A DNA stretch of 64,000 nucleotides, taken from the NCBI GenBank assembly GCA_951406725.2, contig OX597819.1, forward strand, positions 78,182,001 to 78,246,000, read 5' to 3'. Of this stretch, positions 25,381-38,115 are shown piece after piece. Every line of letters begins with the position of its first letter. Positions within the stretch are counted from its first letter, which is position 1. Position numbers and translations under genes: made by a program. The notes beneath the pieces are model-generated. The model saw nothing but the letters and a program-made list of their open reading frames with translations, was not told where the DNA came from and ran no database searches. Source of the stretch: Octopus vulgaris (Eukaryota).

Positions 25381-25996
25381 CCGGTGACACGTAAAAGCAC
25401 CGTCCGTTTGTGGCCGTTTGCCAGCTCTGTCTGGCAACCATGTCAGTGGCATGTAAAAGCACCATCCGTTCGCGTCCGTTGCCAGCCTTGGCTGGCCCCC
25501 GTTCCGGTGACACGTAAAAGCACCGTACGTTCGTGGCCGTTTGCCAGCTCTGTCTGGCCCCGTGTCGGTGGCACGTAAAAGCACCATCCGTTCGTGTTCG
25601 TTGTCAGCCTCGGCTGGCCCCCCGGTGACACGTAAAAGCACCATCCGTTCGTGGCCGTTTGCCAGTTCTGTCTGGCCCCGTGTCGGTGGCACGTAAAAGC
25701 ACCATCCGTTCGTGTCCGTTGCCAGCATCGCCTGGCCCCGTGCCGGTGACACGTAAAAGCACCATCCGTTCGTGGCCGTTCGCCAGCTCTGTCTGGCACC
25801 TGTGCAGGTAGCACGTAAAAAACACCCACTACACTCGCGGAGTGGTTGGCGTTAGGAAGGGCATCCAGCCATAGAAACACTGCCAGATCTGACTGGGCCT
25901 GACGAAGCCTTCCAGCTTCACAGACCCCAGTTGACCCGTCCAACCCATGCTAGCATGGAAAGCGGACGCTAAATGATGATGATGATGATGATGATG
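25381..25996 (+). mobile_element. RTE-3'UTR-type element with an internal tandem array of ~60-bp units
   Basis: Eight gtg(g/a)cacgtaaaagcacc-type motifs at 25381-25827, then the standard 3' end and (GAT)n tail. Confidence 0.85.
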
Positions 25997-27739
25997 TATT
26001 ATCATTTAGTATATTTAGTATTATTAAAGACAGCGAGCTAGCAGAATTGGTAACGTGCTGAGAAAAATGCTTAGCGGCATTTCGTCTGTTTTTATGTTCT
26101 GCATTCAAATTCCGCCATGGTCAACTTTGTCTTTCATCCTTTTGGGGGGTTTCAGGGTCAATAAAAGAAGTACCAGTTGAGTGCTGGGGGGTCAATGAAA
26201 TCAACTTACCCCTCCCCTAAACCTGCTGGCCTTGTACTAAAATTTATAACCATTATTAAAGTCTGTGAGCCGGCAAAATCATAACCATGCCTGACCAAAC
26301 ATTTAGTGACATTTCTCCTGACTCTTTATGTTCTCAGTTCAAATTCCACTGTAGTTAACTTTGCCTTTCATCTTTTGGGGTTCAATAGAATGGAAGAGAT
26401 ATAGCTGATTATAGTTTTGGGGAATTGTTCATTTCTTAAAATTTATATTTATATGTTCATTTTTAAAATTCGTATTTATATTTTTCTAGTTATTCTCTTT
26501 ACTCTTTTACTTGTTTCAGCCATTTGACTGTGGCCATGCTGGAGCACCGCCTTTAGTCGAGCAAATCGATCCTAGGATTTATTCTTTGTAAGCCTAGTAC
26601 TTATTCTATCAGTCTCTTTTGCTGAACCTCTAAGTTATGGGGACGTAAACACACCACCATCGGTTATCAAGCGATGTTGAGGGGACAAACACAGACACTC
26701 AAACATATACACACACATGCATATATATACACATATATACAACAAGCTTCTTTCAATTTCTGTCTACCAAATCCACTCACATGGCGTTGGTTGGCCTGAG
26801 GATATAGTAGAAGACACTTACCAAAGAGCCACGCAGTGGGAATGAACCCGGAACCATGTGGTTGGTAAGCAAGCTACTTACCACACAGCCACTCCTGCAC
26901 CTAGTTGTTTACCTTTTACACGCTTTTTATGTGACCCCACATTGTTTGGCCTGTACCATCCCCAATGGGGTTTTTTTGTGAAGCCTTAATGATTAATAAA
27001 GAAAACATTATTATTTAGGTGGTGAGCTGGCAGGATCTTTAACACACCTGGCAAAATGCTTAGCAGCATTTTATCTATCTTTACATTCTGAGTTCAAATT
27101 CTGCCAAGGTCAACTTTGCTTTTCATCCTTTTGGGGTTGATAAACTAATTACCAGTGAAACACTGCAGTTGATGTAATTGACTGGTTCCCCCCCCCCCCA
27201 AAAAAAAAATTTCCAGCCTTGTGCAAGCATAGAGTACTGAACATTAAAACAATGATGACAATGATAATGATTACAATTGCCTGAGCCCTACAGAGCTAGA
27301 TAGATGCATACCATCTTCACATCAGGCATACTGGTACCTAGTACATTTATCTTACATCTTCCTCTGTGTCCCTTCTCTTCCCATCAGCCACTGCACTGCC
27401 CTTTTTCCTCAACAGCACTTAATCCTAAGAGAGGAAAGTACAGCCATCTAAACCCCAAGTGCATTGCATGTCCTTACTTTATTGCCTCCAGAAAGGGTGA
27501 AAGGCAGAGTTAAACTCTCTGAGATTTGAACTCCCAATATAAATATATCTTTTTTTTTCTTCTTTTATTTGTTTCTGTCATTGGACCACTCCATTCTGGA
27601 GCACTGCCTTTAAGGGTTTTAGTCGAAAAAATTGACTCCAGTATTTGAACTCATTACTTAAAGGACTTGAAAAATTGCCACTGAGTTTTTTGTCTAGTGC
27701 AGTAACATTTCTGCCAGTTCTTCTATACCAGACACTGGC

Positions 27740-28271
27740 TTTCATGGCTTCTGCTCTTAACTTATTGGAAGTATTATCATGTATGTGTTTTGTCTTGGTA
27801 TAAAAGATGGGCTACAGCAAATATTCTGCTCAGTACCACAGATTTGCTTGCCAGTTGTTTGACCTTAACCAGTTCAGCGTGTCCTACGATGGCTGATGGT
27901 ATGTACTTCTCTGATCCTGGGCAGAAGTAGTGGGGGAGCATCATAGACATGTGTTGAGAGGAATTCTTTGGGGTTTCATCAATTCCCCTTGGTAACACAG
28001 GGGTTTCATTCAACATCCCTAAACAACCCTTATTCAGGGACGTTTTGAGCAAGATGAGCTACTCAATCTGAAGAAAATTCTAACTAGGCCCCACTTGCAA
28101 GGTCATGCACTGTTTGATTTCAGATTACCATGTTGCGCACATATGGTTGTGATGCATGTGCCTGGTGTACCCTTATCAGATGGGTAGTCATGATGGATAT
28201 ACTGGGCTTCATATATTTTACCTTAGTATCACTTTGATGGCATACACTGCTCTCTCACTCAATAATAATAA
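27740..28271 (+). mobile_element. Probable non-LTR retroelement 3' region ending in (AAT)n
   Basis: Non-coding, higher-complexity block that ends ctctctcactc-aataataataat; family not identifiable by eye. Confidence 0.3.
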
Positions 28272-28646
28272 TCATCATCATCATCATCGTTTAACGTCCG
28301 CTTTCCATGCTAGCATGGGTTGGACGATTTAACTGAAGGCTGGCCAATCAGATGGCTGCACCAGGCTCCAGTCTTGATCTGGCAGAGTTTCTACAGCTGA
28401 ATGCCCTTCCTAATGCCAACCACTCCAAGAGTGATTATTATAATCATTTCTATTATAGGTACAATGCCTGAAATCTTAGGACTAGTCAATTACCTTGACT
28501 CCAGTTTTTGGTGCTTAATTTAGCAATCCCAGAAAGAGAAAAAGACAAAGACAACCTCAGTGGAATTTGAACTCAGAACATAAAGACAGATAAAATGCTG
28601 CTAAGCATTTTGCTTAGTCTGCTAATGATTCTGCTCGCTCAGTGAC

Positions 28647-28677
<31 letters not shown>

Positions 28678-29379
28678 GCAACAACAACAGTTGTAGAAGT
28701 AGTTTCCAGTGATAATAGAAAGAAATGTCCTTGATCCTGGGAATCATGCAGACATCAACATGAGAAACAAATATTTGAGAATTAAAACCAAAGAAAAGAA
28801 AACACCCCTCAGAAAAAAAAACAAAAAAACAGAGTCATGCAAACAGACTAGAAGAAAATTATATGTTGACATTGAAATAATTATTTTTCCATTTTTTATC
28901 TTTTGTTTATGTTGAGCAGTGACAAACATAGATACACAGAGGGACACAAGTCAACTTTTAGGTGGTTATACAAGTTGCAAGAAATAGCAACCAAAACACA
29001 CCCAGCTGTCTTTAAAGAAAAGAGAAAGACACTGGATATTTTGATTGAGCAAAAAAAATATGACTAGATGATCACAGCTGGAAAGCCTTTGGTTATTGGT
29101 TGGCTCGAACAGGGTCGAACTATCGTTTAATAACATATACAGACATTCATGCACACACACACACACACACATACAGATTCACATAAAGAAATAGATATAC
29201 ACACACACATAGTTATTCATGGATGCTGGTATGTAACTGGATTCACAAGGCATAAGAAATGTGAATCTACAACCTTCATGCCTTTCTGAGTGATTGAATT
29301 TGGTTGTTTCCATCTAAATGAAGAATCAATGCTGTTTCTGAAAATCTGTTCTTACAGTGCTGCACCAACACACAAATAC

Positions 29380-29731
29380 ATCATCATCATTTAACGTCCA
29401 TTGTCCATGCTGGTATGGGTTGGACAATTTGACCAGAGCTGGTAAGCTGGGGAGCTGCACCAGGCTCCAGTCTGATTTGGCATGGTTTCTACAGCTGGAT
29501 GCCTGCCCTTCCTAACACAAATGACTTTACAGAGTGTGCTGGGTGCTTTTATGTAGTGCTGCACAGGCACTTTTACATAACACTACATAAGTGCTTTTCA
29601 CCACCAGAGGGACTGGTTTTAACACTTCTGCTGCAGAGTACAGCAAGGCACCAGTTCTCTGTCATCTCTGAAATGTTCAGTGTCCTGAGGTCGTTCTTCA
29701 GTACTTCATCCCATGTCTTCCTGGGTGTCCC
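29380..29731 (-). mobile_element. Older RTE LINE 3' fragment
   Basis: - strand GTPRKTWDEVLKNDLRTL followed by the family 3' end and (GAT)n. Confidence 0.75.
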
Positions 29732-29789
29732 AATATATATATATATATATATAGATATATATATATATACACATATATATATACACGTA

Positions 29790-30869
29790 TATAGTGTAGA
29801 ATTCAAGGTAGAGGTTGGGGTCCACCAGGGTTCAGTCCTCAGCCCCCTCCTATTTATCATAGTCCTCCAGGCAATTACGGAGGAATTCAAAACAAGATGC
29901 CCCTGGGAGCTCCTCTATGCTGACGACCTTGCTCTAATTGCTGAGTCACTATCAGAACTGGAGAAGTTTCTGGTGTGGAAGGAGGGTTTAGAATCGAGGT
30001 GCCTTAGAGTCAACCTAGCTAAAACCAAAGTCCTAATAAGTAGGAAGGTAGACAAACTACAAATGCCTTCAGGTAGATGGCCCTGCTCGATCTGTAGAAA
30101 AGGCGTAGGTAGAAACTCTATAAGATGTACCCAGTGTAAGCTATGGACACATAAGAGGTGCAGCAATGTCAAAGGAAGGCTAACTGGGAAGATAGTTTTT
30201 GTATGTGGCAGATGCTCAGGAGCAATAAACACTGAAAATCTGCAGAAAACAACTTCCGTCACTTTCCAGGGGAAAAAACTAGAAGTAGTTGATAGCTTCC
30301 GTTATCTAGGTGACCAAGTCAGTAGCAGTGGTGGGTGTCCTGAAAGTGTAACTGCTAGAGTAAGAATAGCCTAGGCAAAGTTCAGGGAGCTCTTACCTCT
30401 GCTGGTGACTAAAGGCCTCTCGCTCAGAGTAAAAGGCAGACTGTATGATGCATGTGTACGAACAGCCATGCTACATGGCAGTGAAACATGGGCCGTGACT
30501 GCTGAGGATATGCGTAAGCTCACGAGGAATGAAGCCAGTATGCTCCGATGGATGTGTAATGTCAGTGTACATAATCGACAGAGTGTAAGTACCTTGAGAG
30601 AAATGTTGAACCTAAGAAGCATCAGCTGTGGTGTGCAAGAGAGATGATTGCGCTGGTATGGTCATGTGGCGAGAATGGATGAAGATAGGTGTGTGAAAAA
30701 GTGCCAATCCCTAGCAGTTGAGGGAACCCATGGAAGAGGTAGACCCAGGAAAACCTGGGACGAGGTGGTGAAGCACGACCTTCAAACTTTAGGCCTCACC
30801 GAGGCAATGACTAGCGACCGAGACCTTTGGAAATATGCTGTGCATGAGAAGACCCGGCAGGACAAGTGA
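29790..30869 (+). pseudogene. Reverse transcriptase (RTE) pseudogene with an inserted PHD-type finger
   Basis: Single frame broken only by TAG at 30372 and TGA at 30645; C4HC3 pattern at 30084-30215. Confidence 0.9.
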
Positions 30870-31587
30870 GTCCAGCCCACTTATGCATGCCTTTCCTCCC
30901 TTGGACACACGAAGACCTATTGAGGCAAGCGAAGTCGAAATCGAACCTCATCCAACGACAGGCACCCATGCCAATCTCCCTTCATTGGATACTAAACTCT
31001 GCTTGCGAAGACCTGTTGGCGCAAGTGAAATCAGAATCGAAATTGAACCAATCCTATGACTAGCACCCGGCAGTTGCCAGGACCGCTGGACTGACTCCTG
31101 TGCAGGTGGCAAGTGAAGAACACCATTTCGACCCAGTGCTTGAGGAGATCCATTGAGTCAAATACACCAACATCAAAATCAATGGAAATTGCAGTTGTGA
31201 TCCCTGTGCCGGTGGCACGCAAAAAGCACCATCTGAACATGGCCGATGCCAGTGCCGCCTAGACTGGCTTCCGTGCCGGTGGCACGTAAAAAGCTCCATC
31301 CAAATCGTGGCCGATGCCAGCGCCGCCTTGACTGGCTTCCATGCCGGTGGCACGTAAAATGCACCAATCCGATCGTGGCCATTGCCAGTCTCGCCTGGCA
31401 CCTGTGCCAGTGACACGTAAAAAGCACCCACTACACTCACGGAGTGGTTGGCGTTAGGAAGGGCATCCAGCTGTTGAAACACTGCCAGATCAGACTGGAG
31501 CCTGGTGCAGCCTTCTGGCTTCCCAGATCTCCGGTCGAACTGTCCAATCCATGCTAGCATGGAAAACGGACGTTAAACGATGATGAT
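29790..31587 (+). mobile_element. 5'-truncated RTE-clade LINE (RT C-terminal half plus ~720-bp 3'UTR and (GAT)n tail)
   Basis: GVHQGSVLSPLLF, LYADDL, FRYLGD, LHGSETW, RWYGHVARM and GRGRPRKTW in one frame (29790-30869). Confidence 0.93.
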
Positions 31588-31809
31588 ATATATATATTCC
31601 AAAATTATATATATATATAATTGAGGTTATAAGAGATAATGGTGTCATTGAGACCCAAAGGTGTCAGGTAATGTTGAATAAGTGCTATATACAGACCATA
31701 GAAACAGCTGTAAGACCTATCTATAAATGCTCTAATATCTATACAGCCTTGGTTTTTTATCTTATTACGCAAAAAATTCTTATATATATGTATATATAAA
31801 CAATATTGA

Positions 31810-32185
31810 ACACGCATACACAAGGTATGTGTTTTGTCAGTTTGTGGGTAGGCTGAAACTGTAAGCATAAGAAAATACATTCTCACCAATTCACCTGGTG
31901 TTAAAACACCTGGAAGTCATTGACAAGATAACGTGCATCAGGTCCTGTTACAGGAGCAATAGACATTACTGTTTTGTCATCTTTGCGACTTGTCAGCAGT
32001 ATTTGGTATTGACAAGTCACAAAGATAACAGAACATAAGTGTCTATTGCTCTTGTAATAGGACCTGGTACAAGTTATCTTACTTGTCTATTACTTCCTGG
32101 TGTTTTAGCACTAGGCGGATTCATGAGAATACATGCTTTTAGACCTACAATCACAGCTTGCCCACAAACTGACAAAGCACATACC

Positions 32186-32199
<14 letters not shown>
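31810..32199. repeat. ~390-bp imperfect palindrome (fold-back element)
   Basis: Arms of ~185 bp pair from cacaaggtatgtg.. / ..cacataccttgtg inward to a 14-nt loop at 31996-32009. Confidence 0.85.
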
Positions 32200-32225
<26 letters not shown>

Positions 32226-34804
32226 CTAGGGTCAACAAAGGAGTTTTTACCTGATTGTTCTACCTGCTAGAAATAACAGCAAAGACTCCCTTGAATAACT
32301 CCCCACTCTTTTAAAAATGCAAGAAACTTTGGACAGTTTGGTCTAGAAAACTTTTTGTTGGTCTTTGGGATCACAGCTGACCTGACTGGAGCTAAACATC
32401 AGTAACCACAATATATGTAACTGATATACATATATACACATAATATGACAGATTTTTTTTAAAAATAATTTCTAGATACACACATAATTGTATACACATA
32501 TACAGTTGTGGGGAGTAGCTGATAAAGGAACTGCTTAATTGTCACTTGACTTTTTTAGAAATAGCTGCCAAATCACACCTTTCATTATCATTTTATTATT
32601 TATCATTTTAACATCCACTTTTCCATGCTTGCATGGGTCAGATGGAATTTGATGAGGTACGTTTTCTACAGCTGGATGTTCTTTCTGTTTCCAAGCAAGA
32701 TAATATTTCCCTATGGCCAGACATGTTTTGCACAGAAAACTAGAAATGAACAACACCGCTTGTATGACAGTGATGTTTGCAGCCTTTATGTCAAGGCAAT
32801 GGTACATGCAAAACACACATGCATACATACTTTCAGTTTCAACCTTTGCCTAAGATATCACACTGGGGGCCAGAACCTGAGACCACATGATTAGAAGCAA
32901 GCCTCTTAAACACACAACCATACCTTGTGCTTACTGTCTTTAACAACTCTAAAGAAAAAAAGATAACGGAAGATGACATTGGAAAATATAGTCCTGGATA
33001 TTCAGAAAGAAGTGGTGCATGGCTTAGTGGTTAGAGTGTTGGACTCTTGATTGTAAGATTGTGGTTTCAGTCCGTGGACTAGCCGATACATTGTGTTCAT
33101 GAGCAAGACATTTCACTTCATGTTGCTCCAGTCCACTCAGCTGTAGAAATGGGTACCACTAGTGGAGGTGCATGACTTAGTGGTTAGGGTGTTGGATTCA
33201 TGGCTGTAAGATTGTGGTTTTGATTTCTGGACCGGGTGATCCACTGAGTTCTTGAGCAAAGCACTTCATTTCACGTTGCTCCTGTCCACTCAGCTGTAGA
33301 AATGAGTTTAGCCTGGAGAGAGATGGGCTCTGCCAGGCTTTCTCATCCTAGATATACCACATGGCTGCAGTGCCTCAATGACCCCCCCAAGGGGTTAAAA
33401 GTCTTGTCATTATCATCATCATATTCAGAAAGTGGCAATGGTCAGGGCTGGAACATCTTTGAACATAAATATTCCCAATTGAGGTAGCCAGGGAAAAGAA
33501 TGACCATATTTATATACATTTACACATACAGTTACAAATGTGAACTCATAGACAGAACTTTTGTATGTGTATATGTATGTATAAAGGGACAGGTATGGCA
33601 AGTAGTAAAGAAGTTCATTTTGCAGTCAATAGGTCTGGGTTCAATCTCACCCTGTAGTATCTTAGACAAGTGTCATTTTTTTTTTCTGTAACCTTGGATT
33701 AACTCAAGCTTGTGAGTGATATGGAGTAGATAAAACGTGGGTAGTTATCTGTTAAATGGATTGTACCTTCATTTTAAAGGAAGGACATCTAGCTGTAAAA
33801 CCCACCTCAGTGAATGCAGTGCGGAGGTTTATTTTGCAACCATGCAGATTCCAGTGTTGGTCATACTGTGTGGTATTTTGGACAAGTGTCATTCTGTATG
33901 TAGTCTTGAGATGACCAATATCTTGTAACTGAAATTTGGTAGAAGGTTATCATGCAGAAGCTTTTATTGTATTCATACACTTCTATGTTTGCTTACATTG
34001 TGGCATCTTTGTAAGGTGTAGATCGATAAAATAAGTACAGGGTGGTGCTGAAGCATGGTCGTAGCCTTATCGCTGAAACCAATAAAAGAATATACAAATG
34101 CCAAGTCGCACATAGAGACACACAGACAACAATGTTAACATAACTTTTATCAAAAAATAACATGAAAGAAATTTGAAAAAAAAGTGAAACAATTTTAATG
34201 AATTTTTTTTTTATAATATTTTGAGAGGAAAAAAAAAACAAAAAAAAACAATGAAAGAAGACGAGAGAGGAAAAAATAGCGAACTCCTGGTGTGTTGGAA
34301 TGAGAAGGGGATGGGGAGATATTTATATATCAATGATAATAAAGATTACAAGAATATCCTTGCATAATAATAATTATAATAATAATAATTATAATAATTA
34401 TAATTATATTAATAGTAATTATCATAATAATAATTGTAATACACACACTTCTTGTATGCAAATTAACATACATTGAATTGTCATAATATACATATATACA
34501 TACATAGATAGATATATATATGCATGTAAATATACATACATCCATACACATATGTATATTCATTTATATATATATACATATATACACACACATACATATA
34601 TATATATACATGTATGTACACTCGTACACAATCATACACAGACGTATATGGTGACATATACACACACATGCACACACTCACACACATATACACATACACC
34701 ATCACACGTCAATATAGATATCTGTATTTATAATATTTTATTTTATTTTTTTAAATTTTTATTTTATTTCTAGAGCTGAGTTACCACGGTAGTTGTGATT
34801 GTGG

Positions 34805-37800
34805 TTACTTGCCCTTCGCAGTGAGTTCATGTGAGACACTGCCCTTGTTTGCAAGTTCATGTGCCATCTCATAGTATTTGGTAAACTTAGCCGTATGATC
34901 CAGAGGTAGATAGACAAATGGACTCATGCTGAACGGATCACGAATGCTAAATTTTTTCACAGATGACAAATGACACCGGCTCAGGTGGTAGCGACAGGAG
35001 CCTTTTGACGCACACTGCCGACTACAGGCTGGACATTTATAATCACCACTGTCAGAATCGCTGGCCGGAGAAGTTAGGTCCCCATGGCCAGCATCAGTAG
35101 AATTGTCCAAGACAGACGATTCTTCCCGGTCAGAAACTTTTTCCTTATCTTCATCTTTTTGACATTTTGTCGATAAATTCAATGGAATAGCAATCTCTGG
35201 CGATGAAGAGGGAATAATTGTCTGGCACTTGGAGGGATGACTATCGTTTGAGGGTAATTTCATGCTATCTGTGTTTGTTATCAGTTTTTGTAAGCTATCT
35301 AAGGGATGTTCACATGTCATAGGCTGACCATAGACAAAACTGCTTAAAGAATCGAGAGCAGAGGAATGTGAAGAGCTAGGCTCTGTAGTTGGCGGCAGCT
35401 GAAGGTATTTTTCTTCAAGGGCTTCTTTACATGGTTTCTTCTCAGCACTTGCAGTGGGGCTCTTGGAATTCTCTTCTTTATTGATATCACTGGAACTGGA
35501 CAGAATCTTCTCTTCGGATTTTACACTTGGTGTGTTCACTTGCTTTGTAATCTGTTCGCACATATCTGATAAAGACTGTAGTTCTTTGCCGGCTGTTTTA
35601 AAGGACTCGTTACTCTCTTGCTCCGAACCACCTTCATCGTTTGTTTCCTGGCACAAAGCAGGCTGGCTCGAAGGCACAGTCGGAAAGTAAGAACTACTTC
35701 GCAGACTAGGTTTCTGTTGGCTTGGAATCTGGATGTATCTCGACGAAGGGCTTTCAGGTGTCGTTACTCGTTTAATTTCTTGGGTGACTGCTGTTGTCGA
35801 GCTGCTTGAAGAGCTGGTGTTGTTGGACACTTCTTTATGACTACTACTCTTATCAAATTTAGTTTTGAAACTCTTTTGTATAAATGATTCCATTGCCCGA
35901 AGTGCTGAAAGTCCACCTGTATCGCTGCAACCAGGATCGATTATGTCTAAGTGTACCTTATCTGTTTCTTTACGGATATTTGTTGTGTTGTTGTTGCTGT
36001 TACCGTTGCTGTCCTCTTCAGAAACTCGAGAAAGTATCACTTTCAGATTATTTACTTTCTCTTCAGGTGTTGAGCTATCCATAATCTCAGTTTTTGGTTC
36101 CAATTTTGATGGACTACACACTGGTACTTCCTTCAAACTATCACACCTTTCATCCACTTCTTTCGGCTCGGTTTTTACTTTGGTGATATCATAATCTGTG
36201 CTGTCAGGAACTGTTGGCCGATTAGGGCTTGTTTTTCGGACTGGATTACTGATATTGGAACCTGTGTTTGCGTTTGGAGTTTCAACCTTTTTCTGTTGTC
36301 GGCGCTGATCATCGTCAGCGTTCAGTTTCATCTTTAGGGCATCGATGACACCTGATCGCTGCCGTACACATGTGCGGATATGTTCTACAAATACCTGCAT
36401 CTCAATGCATTTTCCACAGTTCTCACAAGTAATATAGCCATCTTCATCTTTGGCAACTATATCAGTGAACTTTACATTTGGACTGTTTAAGCTTTCGTGG
36501 CTGACACATTTGCGTTTAAACTCCAATAAAGTTGCAACAGTGGGGTTAGCACCTAGACCAAGCTTGTCCTCGCTGCTGAAGGGACGCTTCCGTCGTGCTC
36601 GTAACAGGATTTCTGGGGAATTATAAGAACGTAGAATTTGTTTCTTGTGATGTCCTGACATAATCATGTGGTTTGCTAAACCTTCCATATCATTGTAGGT
36701 TTCCTGGCAAACCTTACACTTAAAGATACACTCTTTTTCAAGATCTCGATCACAGTAAGAGGAGCATTTATGTGACCTGCGACCATGATCTGAACTGACA
36801 ATTTTCGTATAGTGTTGAGTTTGCATCATATGCAAAGTCAACTCAGGAAGTGTCTTAAATGACTCGCCACACTGCATGCAACGCAGAATACGCCTGGTCT
36901 GTTCGGACTCCTGGTTTAGCCACATATCCTGACCTCGTACAAGTTTTGGGTACTCCATCAGACTAGCATCTTTGCTGCCAGGAGGTATGTGATGTGTCTC
37001 TTGAAGATGGATACTCAAGTCATACAGTGTGCTAAATACCTTCTGACAAGAGCACCTGTGTGTTGTGTATCGGCTGCTGCCGCTGCCACCTTCCGTGCAG
37101 CTGTCACTCGGTGTCTCCACCATTTGACTCATCAACGAATTGTTGCTGTTCACCTTCAGACTGGACCCTACATCTGTGTTGACATTGTTGCTATAGTCGG
37201 ACAGATTGCTACTGATCAGGTGACTTGTGCTGAAGTGATTGACTGGAAGCTGACTGATAACTACTGGATCTTCGATGGATTTGTTCACTCGGATATTGGT
37301 ACCATTTATGTGGAAATCACCGCCAAACCGTTGTTGGAGACTCTTCAAACTTGAAGACAAACCCCCACTGATGCCATTCGAGACTGGGAGGGGTGATGTG
37401 TGAGTTTTGGTTTTGGTTTTCTTTGACAAATCCAATGGTTCGTCGGAATTACTGCTAGAGCTGGCTGTCATGTGATGGTTTGTTGTTCGGGATGGAGTCG
37501 TATTTGATGTCATGGTGTTGCTGCTGCTGTTAGCGGTGTTGTTGATGATATGTGAATGAGCATTGTTGCTACGGTGATGGCTAGTGTGATGACTACCGGA
37601 CGTGGTACTGTTGTTACTGCTATGGCTAACACTACTACCAAGTGACCGATATAGACCGTTGATGGGTTTGTACTGATCCCGGACACTGTGTCTCGATGTG
37701 GTCAGATTGTGTGAAGAATGGGAAATAGTCCGAGTGATAACTGACACCGGTATGGTTGCTGTAGCGGTGTGAGGTGGTAACGTTACTGATGACTGTCCAG

Positions 37801-38115
37801 ACAACGAATTGTCTGTAATGACTGAACTACGACGTAGTGGAGATGGTGGTGTCATGTCTCTGAGCGGTGATCCTTTTGTAGGGGTGCACACAGGTGGTGG
37901 TGGTGGTGGCGGCGGTGGAGTCAGTATTTTCGATTCCACTTTCACCTGACCTTTGGCTTGAGGGCTTGGTTGTTCTGGCGGAGATCCAAAGTCGGATTCA
38001 TTATCTGGTTGGCTCGACTGTGAATTAGAGTCCTGTTCATCGTCCAGATCTTTGTCTCCGTCACCTTCAACTGAGTCATTTGATTTCTGTTTCATGCTGT
38101 TATCTTCATCTGAAG
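34805..38115 (-). CDS. tsh: Teashirt/tiptop-family zinc-finger transcription factor, main (terminal) coding exon; in-frame ATG at 38095 gives 1096 aa
   Basis: Signature KLVRGQDMWL..EQTRRILRCMQCGESFKTLPELTLHMMQTQHY; Tsh-type Cx2Cx12Hx5H fingers; tiptop-like C2HC finger (VFVEHIRTC); C-terminal SKGSCRYHLS finger and KFTKYYEMAHEL end; CtBP motif PLDLS; polypyrimidine tract and AG acceptor at 38116-38117; TAA stop at 34805-34807. Confidence 0.93.

Noticed and set aside
25381-25827. CRISPR-like repeat-spacer appearance
   Set aside because: Spacers are not unique (two alternating types), there are no cas genes, and the array sits inside a eukaryotic retroelement 3' region
29499-29789. N-terminal part of the 291-aa ORF as real protein
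   Set aside because: It is a chance read-through of an antisense RTE fragment and a TA tract; RT homology starts at ~29790
31690-31720. GAAA-CAGCTG-TA-agacc, the 3' half of a minimal hammerhead
   Set aside because: No CTGANGA or matching helix I strand upstream; at most a broken remnant
35454-37354. Plus-strand ORFs overlapping tsh
   Set aside because: Antisense shadows of a long coding exon, with no recognisable motifs
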